DNA from: Nitrosopumilus maritimus SCM1
Lineage (GTDB): Archaea; Thermoproteota; Nitrososphaeria; Nitrososphaerales; Nitrosopumilaceae
Assembly: GCF_000018465.1 (NCBI RefSeq)
Contig: NC_010085.1
Span: 240,001 to 272,000 of the forward strand
Reading direction: 5' to 3'
DNA: 32,000 nucleotides
Part shown: one piece after another, positions 25,235-32,000 of the stretch
Layout: every line of letters starts with the position of its first letter
Numbering within the stretch: position 1 is the first letter of the stretch
Program-made: the position numbers and the translations under genes
The notes under the pieces: generated by a model
Told to the model about the DNA's origin: nothing
The model's database searches: none
What the model saw: only the letters and a program-made list of their open reading frames with translations

Positions 25235-26902
25235 ATGGGGCTCAATTATTATCAAATTAAGAAACATGTTCTGAGAGCTCGAAAATTAGTTATCAAAGCC
25301 ACAAATACTGCTGGTTCAGGTCATCCAGGCGGTTCATTTTCTATGGCTGAAATTTTAGGTTGTTTATTCAACAAATATCTAAAATTTGATCCTAAAAATC
25401 CACAATGGGAAGATAGAGATCGTTTAGTGTTATCAAAAGGTCATGCTGCCCCGGGTTTATTTTCAAATATGGCAGTTGCAGGATATTTTCCAGAATCAGA
25501 ACTTGAAACTTTGAGAAAATTTGGAAGTAAACTACAAGGTCATCCTGATTTGAAATGTCCTGGTGTTGAATTTTGTGGTGGCTCGTTAGGTACTGGTTTA
25601 TCCTATTCTGTTGGAATTGCACTTGCAGGAAAAATTGATTCTAAAGACTATCATGTCTATACAATTATTGGAGATGGAGAATCCGATGAAGGTCAGGTTT
25701 GGGAAGCTGCGATGACTGCAGCAAAATACAAAGTTGATAATCTTACTGTTTTTCTTGACAGGAATTTTATCCAACAAGATTCTTACACTGAAAAAATTAT
25801 GCCACTTGACAAAAAGTTAGAAACTGATGATCTTTCTGAAATGTGGAAAGATGCTTCTAGATGGAAAACAGGTGACAAATGGAGATCTTTTGGTTGGAAT
25901 GTAATTGAAATTGATGGTCATCGAGTTGAACAGATTGATGCAGCTATTACAAAAGCAAATACGATAAAAGGTGTCCCAACAATAATTATCTCAAGAACAA
26001 TTAAAGGAAAAGCTGTTGAACATATGGAAGATAATCCTGCATGGCATGGAAAGGCACCTGATTCTGATGTTGTTCCAATTATCAACATGGAATTAGATTC
26101 TCAGTTTATGATTGCACCATCAATTATTGCTGGTGATATGTCAAATCTTGAAAATGAAGTTAAGAGATGTGTTTCTGGAAGAGCTGATTACATTCATCTA
26201 GATGTCATGGATGGTCAATTTGTTCCAAACAAAACATTTGATCATATTAAAATCAAAGAATTACGTCCACTTACCGTAATCCCATTTGATTCTCATTTGA
26301 TGATTAACGAACCTGTAAAACATGTTAGAGATTACATTGATGCAGGTAGTGATATCATTACTGTACATGCAGAAGTAACTGATGAATCTAGTTTTGGAGA
26401 AATTCATGATGTATTAAAACAAAATCAAGTTGGTATTGGTTTTGCAATAAATCCTGATACGGAATTACCTGAATGGTCTTACAAATTCATACCTTCACTT
26501 GATCAGCTTATTGTGATGTCTGTAGTTCCCGGAAAATCTGGTCAGAAATACATTGAGGAAACTCATGCAAAAATGGCTAGATTGAATACTATTCTAAACG
26601 AGCATAATTTTTCCGGATACATTGAGGCTGATGGCGGAGTAAATCTTGAAAATATAGGCTCGGTTTTTGCAGATGGAGCACGTGCTTTTGTTGGAGGAGG
26701 AGCAATTATCGGACAACAAGATGTTCGTGCTGCAATTAGAGACTTTAGAACTGAAGTATTGTCTTCTAGAAGACAACTATTGCTTGACAAAGCAAATGAT
26801 CTAGGGGGCACTGAATTAGTTAACAAATGGATTGGATTGCATGTTGTTGGTGAAAAACAAGAACAAATTAAAAAAATTGCAGAGGAGAGAGGATACCTTT
26901 GA
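25235..26902 (+). CDS. Fusion protein: transketolase N-terminal (TPP-binding) half + ribulose-phosphate 3-epimerase
   Basis: Residues 1 to about 285 carry GSGHPGGSFSMAEIL, LSKGHAAP and GDGESDEGQVWEA (TktN). Residues 292 to about 515 carry MIAPSIIAGDM, HLDVMDGQFVPN and DSHLM (Rpe). I translated the junction at 26042-26140 and found no stop or frameshift. A C-terminal tail of about 40 aa follows. Confidence 0.88.
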   Translation: MGLNYYQIKKHVLRARKLVIKATNTAGSGHPGGSFSMAEILGCLFNKYLKFDPKNPQWEDRDRLVLSKGHAAPGLFSNMAVAGYFPESELETLRKFGSKLQGHPDLKCPGVEFCGGSLGTGLSYSVGIALAGKIDSKDYHVYTIIGDGESDEGQVWEAAMTAAKYKVDNLTVFLDRNFIQQDSYTEKIMPLDKKLETDDLSEMWKDASRWKTGDKWRSFGWNVIEIDGHRVEQIDAAITKANTIKGVPTIIISRTIKGKAVEHMEDNPAWHGKAPDSDVVPIINMELDSQFMIAPSIIAGDMSNLENEVKRCVSGRADYIHLDVMDGQFVPNKTFDHIKIKELRPLTVIPFDSHLMINEPVKHVRDYIDAGSDIITVHAEVTDESSFGEIHDVLKQNQVGIGFAINPDTELPEWSYKFIPSLDQLIVMSVVPGKSGQKYIEETHAKMARLNTILNEHNFSGYIEADGGVNLENIGSVFADGARAFVGGGAIIGQQDVRAAIRDFRTEVLSSRRQLLLDKANDLGGTELVNKWIGLHVVGEKQEQIKKIAEERGYL

Positions 26903-27873
26903 ATGAACCAGTAATGACTGACATGCGTTCAGAATATTCAAAATCTCTGATTCAACTTGGAAAAGAGAATCCAAATGTTGTTGTATTGGGAGCTGATACT
27001 ACTGATTCATTAAAAACATCTGGTTTTGGAAAAGAATTTCCAAATAGATTTTTTAATGTTGGAATTGCTGAAGCAAATCTTGTTACAACTTCTGCCGGCT
27101 TGGCAGTATCTGGAAAAATACCTTTTGCAAGTACATATGCTATATTTCTACCAGGAAGAGCAGTTGATCAAATCCGAAACAATGTGGCGTATCCTTCCCC
27201 ACCTGGAAAAAAAGGTCTTAATGTAAAATTTGTTGTTTCTCATGGAGGACTTTCAGTTGGACCTGATGGTGGTTCACACCAACAAATTGAGGACATTGGA
27301 ATAATGAGAGTTATCCCAAATTTCCGAGTATTCATTCCTGCAGATACAATTGCAGTTTCTAAACTAACTTCTTTGATGGCAAATGAATATGGACCATTTT
27401 ACATGAGAATGGCAAGATCCAAAACACCTTTGGTTCATTCAGATTCTCAAAACTTTGAAACTGGAAAAGCAATAACCTTGAGAGACGGTTCTGATTGTAC
27501 AATTGCTGCTTGTGGAATCACTGTGAGAATGGCATTGGAAGCTGCTGAATCACTCCAACAAGAGGGAATTTCTTGTAGAGTATTGGATATGTTTTCTATA
27601 AAACCAATTGATAATGCAACTTTAGAAAAAGCTGCTCGTGAAACTGGATGTATTGTTACTGCAGAAGAGCATAATATTGTAGGTGGAATGGGTTCTGCAG
27701 TCGCAGAATCTGTTTCTGAATCATATCCTGTACCCATAAAGAGAATTGGTGCTCAAGATATGTTTGGTGAATCTGCCCGAGACAAAGAGATTCCTTTACT
27801 TTTAGAAAAGCATGGAATAACATCTTTTAATATGGTAAAACAAGTCAAAGAAGTTAGGAGCAAAAAATTATGA
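26899..27873 (+). CDS. Transketolase C-terminal half (pyrimidine-binding + C-terminal domains)
   Basis: GIAEANLVTTSAGLAVSGKIPFASTYAIFL and HGGLSVGPDGGSHQ motifs. The TTG at 26899 overlaps the upstream stop. The ATG at 26914 is an alternative start. Confidence 0.92.
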   Translation: MNEPVMTDMRSEYSKSLIQLGKENPNVVVLGADTTDSLKTSGFGKEFPNRFFNVGIAEANLVTTSAGLAVSGKIPFASTYAIFLPGRAVDQIRNNVAYPSPPGKKGLNVKFVVSHGGLSVGPDGGSHQQIEDIGIMRVIPNFRVFIPADTIAVSKLTSLMANEYGPFYMRMARSKTPLVHSDSQNFETGKAITLRDGSDCTIAACGITVRMALEAAESLQQEGISCRVLDMFSIKPIDNATLEKAARETGCIVTAEEHNIVGGMGSAVAESVSESYPVPIKRIGAQDMFGESARDKEIPLLLEKHGITSFNMVKQVKEVRSKKL

Positions 27874-28538
27874 AAATATTTCTTGATACTGCCAATTTAG
27901 AATCAATAAAAAAATTCAATGACATGGGATTACTTGATGGAATCACTACAAACCCATCTCTTATGTCTAAAGAAAAAGGTAATCCTAAAGATGCAATGGA
28001 AGAGATTACAAAAATCATCAAAGGTGATGTGAGTCTAGAAGTTGTCAGCACTGATTTTTCTGGAATGGTTGATGAAGGAAAACGACTACGTCAATATGGT
28101 GACAATGTTGTTGTTAAAGTTCCTATGACTCCTGATGGCTTGAAAGCTTGTAAATCACTTTCATCTGAAGGTATTCCTGTAAATGTGACATTAGTTTTTT
28201 CACCAAACCAAGCTCTACTTGCTGCAAAATCTGGCGCAAAATATGTTAGCCCATTTATTGGAAGATTAGATGATATTGGTCAAGATGGTATGAATCTGAT
28301 TCAAGATATTAAAGATATTTTCAAAAACTACCCTCATCTAAAAACCGAAATTCTGGTTGCAAGTGTACGTCACCCAATGCATGTAGTTGAAGCTGCAAAA
28401 ATTGGAGCTGATGTGGTGACTTTACCTCCTGGAGTTTTAGATAAAATGCTTCAACATCCATTGACAAAAATTGGTTTAGAAAATTTCCTCAAAGATTGGG
28501 AAAAAGTCAAAGCTGAAAATCCTGATATCAAAATCTAA
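27870..28538 (+). CDS. tal: Transaldolase (short, fructose-6-phosphate aldolase-like subfamily)
   Basis: MKIFLDTANLESIKK..., the active-site region VVVKVPMT, and NVTLVFS. ATGA overlap with the preceding gene. Confidence 0.93.
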   Translation: MKIFLDTANLESIKKFNDMGLLDGITTNPSLMSKEKGNPKDAMEEITKIIKGDVSLEVVSTDFSGMVDEGKRLRQYGDNVVVKVPMTPDGLKACKSLSSEGIPVNVTLVFSPNQALLAAKSGAKYVSPFIGRLDDIGQDGMNLIQDIKDIFKNYPHLKTEILVASVRHPMHVVEAAKIGADVVTLPPGVLDKMLQHPLTKIGLENFLKDWEKVKAENPDIKI

Positions 28539-28578
28539 TACAAATAAAATTACAAAAATGAAATTTGAGAGGATTTTA

Positions 28579-28839
28579 TTAGCCTCTGCTTTTTCTTGAA
28601 CCAGTTCCTCTACCAGTACTTCTAGTCATTCCTTTTGTATCTGGACGAGCTTTTGGATCAGGCATATCGCTAAGTTTTCTTGTGCCGGTTCCTCTACCAG
28701 ATGATACTCTAGTATTACCTGCAGCCTTCTTTCTTGCTTCTTGAATTTTTTTAAATTCGTCACCGGACCATTTTTTGGGGTCATTATCAACTTCAATAGT
28801 TCCTGTTCCCCTTCCAGTTCGTATTCTGATTTTGCCCAT
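28579..28839 (-). CDS. Small, highly basic protein with three (S/T)GRGTG(S/T) repeats; uncharacterised
   Basis: The 86-aa ORF contains RTGRGTGT, SSGRGTGT and STGRGTGS. The repeat is also visible in the DNA (GTTCCTCTACCAG occurs twice). TATA-like AGATAAATAC lies 25-30 nt upstream of the ATG. Confidence 0.6.
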   Translation of the reverse strand: MGKIRIRTGRGTGTIEVDNDPKKWSGDEFKKIQEARKKAAGNTRVSSGRGTGTRKLSDMPDPKARPDTKGMTRSTGRGTGSRKSRG

Positions 28840-28905
28840 AAATTTAGTTAAATTCTCTGGTATTTATCTAAGCTCATTTTTGAATAAGATCAGATCTTAG
28901 TACTA

Positions 28906-29928
28906 CTAGTTGTTGATCCAACCTAATTTCTTGAAGTATGTAAACATCATAATTGCAGGGATTGCTGATGCAAGAATTACAATTATGAAAGTTGTAAATG
29001 GACCTAAGAACATTGGATTTTCATCAACTCCTCCTGGCAAATTTACGTTCATTCCATAAAATGTCCCAATTACTGTTGCTGGTATTGCCAGTGTGAATAT
29101 TATTGTCAATACTGCCAATACCTTGTTTGTTTTTTCTGTACTTAGTACAAAATCAGTATCTTTGTAAATTTCCATTGTTTCTCTTGACTCTTCAAGTGTT
29201 TCAATTACTTTATCAATATGATCTATAATATCATCATAATACAATGAAAGATCTTCTTCATTTCTTTCAGTAAATTTTTTTACATTTTTTGTAATTTCTA
29301 ATACAAATTTCTTTAATGGATTGGCTATTCTTCTTAGTCTGTTAATTTCTCGTCTAAGTAATGCAATGCTTCTTGCTACTGGTTTTGTTTCATCAAATAC
29401 TCTATCTTCAATTTCATCTAGATTTGCAATGATCTTTCTTGAAGTATGTAAAAGGTCGTCTACTAACACATCTATGATTTCGTGAAGCAATAATCCTGAT
29501 GATTTTTGTAATATTCTATTTTTTCTTTGTTCATCTGAATTTGATTTACAAATATCTACTAACTCTACAAGTGGTTTGAGATCCCCTTGATGAACTGTTA
29601 CCAAGAAGTCTTTTCCTACAAATATTGATAATTGACTATTTTTTGAAATTCCTAATTTCTGAGTAAGTGGTGGAAAGTGAAGAATTACAAAGAAATGATC
29701 ATCATAACTGTCTAATTTTGGAAGTTCGAATTTTGTCATACAGTCTTCAATGTTTAAAGCATTGAAATTGTACTTTTCAGCCAATTCTTCAACTTCTTCT
29801 CTATCTGGATTCTGTAGATCAATCCATACAAATTTCTCTGCATGTATTGTTTCAATTTTTTTCTCAATAGAATCCTCTATATTCTTCCTACCTGAGCGTA
29901 ATCTATTTGAGATGAATCCTTTTCTCAT
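28906..29928 (-). CDS. corA: CorA-family magnesium/cobalt transporter
   Basis: C-terminal two-TM region with the YGMNV signature (GTFYGMNVNLPG), preceded by a long cytoplasmic domain. Confidence 0.92.
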   Translation of the reverse strand: MRKGFISNRLRSGRKNIEDSIEKKIETIHAEKFVWIDLQNPDREEVEELAEKYNFNALNIEDCMTKFELPKLDSYDDHFFVILHFPPLTQKLGISKNSQLSIFVGKDFLVTVHQGDLKPLVELVDICKSNSDEQRKNRILQKSSGLLLHEIIDVLVDDLLHTSRKIIANLDEIEDRVFDETKPVARSIALLRREINRLRRIANPLKKFVLEITKNVKKFTERNEEDLSLYYDDIIDHIDKVIETLEESRETMEIYKDTDFVLSTEKTNKVLAVLTIIFTLAIPATVIGTFYGMNVNLPGGVDENPMFLGPFTTFIIVILASAIPAIMMFTYFKKLGWINN

Positions 29929-30207
29929 GTCGAAAGGTACCCTGATACAACAAATTTAAAGCGATCGCTAAAGCCTACATAAAATCTATAGTTGATTATA
30001 AAATAAAGAACTGTGCTAAAATTTTAGGCTCTACTACTTGTAAGGAAGTAAATACATTCCACCGTAATAGGTCAGTCCGATTGTAATGGCCATTGCAACC
30101 CACCAAAATCTCATAATAGAAATTTTACATGGTTAATAATAAATCTACAGTCTAATTTTCATAAAAAATCAAAGATTATTACTGGATGATCTCTTTTCTT
30201 TATCTGT

Positions 30208-30280
30208 GGCCTTCGTAGTACAGTGGTTAGTATAGAGGATTGTGGATCCTCGGACAGGAGTTCGATTCCCCTCGAGGGCC
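30208..30280 (+). tRNA. tRNA-His(GUG) with genome-encoded G-1
   Basis: G(-1) GCCTTCG TA GTAC AGTGGTTA GTAT A GAGGA TTGTGGA TCCTC GGAC AGGAG TTCGATT CCCCT CGAGGGC C. The anticodon is GTG and the G-1:C73 pair is characteristic of tRNA-His. There is one A-C mismatch in the T-stem and no encoded CCA. A T-rich tract follows. Confidence 0.88.
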
Positions 30281-30334
30281 CTCCTTTTATTTTATGAATT
30301 AGAATGATTCTAAACAGATTATTTGATTATGGAA

Positions 30335-30724
30335 CTAGGATTTTGTTGGTCCAATATCCAACAAAGATGAAATATTTTTTATGTTGATATTTTTGAACAT
30401 CTCTACTTCTTCTTCCTTGTTATCTATACTGATAAAGAGTAAATGCTCTTCATCAATCGGGATGGTCATTCTCTTAATCTTCTCATATGATGTAACTGAG
30501 TATAGAGGTCTTCCAACTTTGTCTTTGATTTCTACACGTGATTTCCATGACTCTATTGTTCGACTTAATTGCTCTTTAGTTTCTTCTAAAGAAAACAATT
30601 CTCTAATGTCATCTCGACGTTTTTGAAACAATAATTCCCCTTTTAGATTACACATGGCTGAAAATCTGATATTCTTATTTGACACCATTAAAACTTCTAA
30701 AAAGCTCTTGTAATCTTCCACCAT
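30335..30724 (-). CDS. Hypothetical protein (129 aa); possibly a roadblock/LC7-like alpha-beta fold
   Basis: Uninterrupted ORF with a normal amino-acid composition. The alternating pattern IRFSAMCNLKGELLFQ ... IKRMTIPIDEEHLLFISID resembles roadblock-type small domains. That is my pattern impression only. Confidence 0.55.
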   Translation of the reverse strand: MVEDYKSFLEVLMVSNKNIRFSAMCNLKGELLFQKRRDDIRELFSLEETKEQLSRTIESWKSRVEIKDKVGRPLYSVTSYEKIKRMTIPIDEEHLLFISIDNKEEEVEMFKNINIKNISSLLDIGPTKS

Positions 30725-30780
30725 CTCATTTTCACTTAATCACTAAAATACATATCTTGAATTTCCCATTTTCGACAATT

Positions 30781-31149
30781 TTAGAATATTCCAAATTTAC
30801 TTGATTCCATCTCTTCTTTTATGGCCAACTTGAATCTAGGTGATTTATTTTCCAAATTATTGGTTAACCAAGTCAGGAATTTCTTTTCAGTACCTTTGCC
30901 CTTCAATTTGTCAAAATCAGGACCCATCATATCTACTAATTTCTGAACTAGTGACTTATTCACACTTAATACAAAAAAATGCCATCCAAATGCAAATTCT
31001 GAATCTGTCATAACAAAATCTTCCTCACTATGAACCATCTCCTCTAATAGAGATAATTGTCTAGTTAGTGCCTTGCTTGTTTTGTCATAATCTACTGCTG
31101 ATACATTAATGTGCATTCTTTCGTCCATAATTGATTTGTGTTTAAACAA
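30781..31149 (-). CDS. Hypothetical protein (115-122 aa)
   Basis: Uninterrupted ORF in the same orientation as its neighbours. Starts at the TTG at 31149 or the ATG at 31128 (MDERMHINV...). I recognise no motif. Confidence 0.5.
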   Translation of the reverse strand: MFKHKSIMDERMHINVSAVDYDKTSKALTRQLSLLEEMVHSEEDFVMTDSEFAFGWHFFVLSVNKSLVQKLVDMMGPDFDKLKGKGTEKKFLTWLTNNLENKSPRFKLAIKEEMESSKFGIF

Positions 31150-31168
31150 AATAAAAGGATTACACGAA

Positions 31169-31930
31169 TTATTCTTTTAACATGGGTTCAAAATCTATGT
31201 CAAAATTCATTTTCATGAGTTTAATGTATGTCTGAATTGACTCTGGAATCTCTTCTCCGCAAGCAACTCCTAATTTTTTTGCATTGATCCAGATTACTAG
31301 AGTTTGAATAATTGTGAGAAATCGATCGTTTTTGATTTCAGGTGAACCAATTGCTTTTGTGTATCTTTCTGCAAATTCCCACGCTGTAACAAAATCTACA
31401 CATTTTACACCAAACACTGCTAGCAACTGTTCTTGCATATTCTTTGCTTTTGTAAATGGTACTTTGTTTACGATGTATGGAAAGTCTACTTTATCTGGAA
31501 TGCAATCTGGTAATGGCCCCCAAATAGTAATTATTCTTGTATCTGATTTTAATTCTTCAAATTTTTTTAACATTTGATTTGTAATATTTTCATCTGTAAA
31601 CCAAAACAAAATTACTGTTGCATCAGAAATGTCTGAATCCAAAATATCTTGACATCTTAATTCAGCTTTGGTTTGTTTTTCTTCAAGATTTTTTTTTGCA
31701 TTTTCAATTTTTTCACAATTATTGTCTATTCCTACTGCTTTTTCTACTTGGAATTCTTTTACTGCTATCTCTATTCCTTTTTCATCACTACATCCTAGAT
31801 GATAAAAAATATCATCTTTTGTCAATTTTACAAATTTGAAAATGCTTCTTAGAGACTTTTCTGGTAGTTGAACATCCTCCCCGTTCAGTAAATTTTCTGG
31901 TAATGTATCTAAATACTCATCAATTCTCAA
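31169..31930 (-). CDS. Hypothetical protein with a degenerate class I (Rossmann) methyltransferase-like N-terminal half
   Basis: The order of elements resembles SAM-MTase motifs I, post-I and II: FYHLGCSDEKGIEIA ... KAVGIDNN ... CQDIL ... ATVILFWF. The GxGxG loop is degenerate. The C-terminal 100 aa are unassigned. TTG start at 31930 with no nearby ATG. Confidence 0.5.
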   Translation of the reverse strand: MRIDEYLDTLPENLLNGEDVQLPEKSLRSIFKFVKLTKDDIFYHLGCSDEKGIEIAVKEFQVEKAVGIDNNCEKIENAKKNLEEKQTKAELRCQDILDSDISDATVILFWFTDENITNQMLKKFEELKSDTRIITIWGPLPDCIPDKVDFPYIVNKVPFTKAKNMQEQLLAVFGVKCVDFVTAWEFAERYTKAIGSPEIKNDRFLTIIQTLVIWINAKKLGVACGEEIPESIQTYIKLMKMNFDIDFEPMLKE

Positions 31931-32000
31931 TAATACTTGTTTTAAAAACGAGAATTTATTCTCTTATGCTTTCTAATTTGGAAACTGCTTGCCATAATTG

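Noticed and set aside
31966-32000. ATG at 31966 opening a plus-strand frame (MLSNLETACHN...) that runs off the window.
   Set aside because: Only 11 codons are visible, so a gene cannot be supported from this little sequence.
1-32000. Whole-window scan for a mobile element, prophage, defence island or compositional anomaly.
   Set aside because: Composition looks uniform apart from the GC-rich tRNA and rRNA genes. Nearly all genes are housekeeping with tight operon structure. No integrase, transposase, restriction-modification, toxin-antitoxin or cas signature was seen.

Overview
This is a visibly AT-rich archaeal chromosome segment. It reads like the core genome of an ammonia-oxidising thaumarchaeon of the Nitrosopumilus type. 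That assignment is an inference from gene content only; no database was consulted.

Gene content, in order:
- A biotin-dependent acetyl-/propionyl-CoA carboxylase operon (pccB-accC-accB, with pccB truncated at the window edge).
- A BCP-type peroxiredoxin.
- A tightly coupled 11-gene complex I cluster, nuoA-B-C-D-H-I-J-K-M-L-N, with no nuoEFG.
- A polyprenyl diphosphate synthase.
- tRNA-Glu(UUC) carrying a 15-nt insert in its T-loop.
- A CADD/PqqC-like di-iron protein.
- A tRNA with anticodon CAU, followed by a candidate C/D-box sRNA.
- pyrE, a divergent LarA/DUF2088-like protein, an M50 site-2 protease, a GNAT acetyltransferase and a small membrane protein.
- A Trm5-like methyltransferase and ABCE1.
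- A stand-alone 5S rRNA.
- A 42-aa C2H2 zinc-finger ORF that falls below the ORF-track cutoff.
- An M17 leucyl aminopeptidase.
- A 46-aa ribbon-helix-helix ORF.
- A zinc-ribbon gene containing a perfect 101-nt in-frame tandem duplication.
- A non-oxidative pentose-phosphate operon in which the transketolase N-terminal half is fused to ribulose-phosphate 3-epimerase, followed by the transketolase C-terminal half and transaldolase.
- A small basic protein with three GRGTG repeats.
- corA and tRNA-His(GUG).
- Three uncharacterised minus-strand genes.

I found no CRISPR array, transposase, integrase, inverted terminal repeats or recognisable defence or toxin system. I cannot honestly name a novel multi-gene system here.

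The most unusual items are the duplicated CxxC-x17-CxxC gene, the TktN-Rpe fusion, the T-loop tRNA intron, the GRGTG-repeat protein, a 15-mer shared by two promoters, the candidate C/D sRNA and the terminal hypothetical gene trio.
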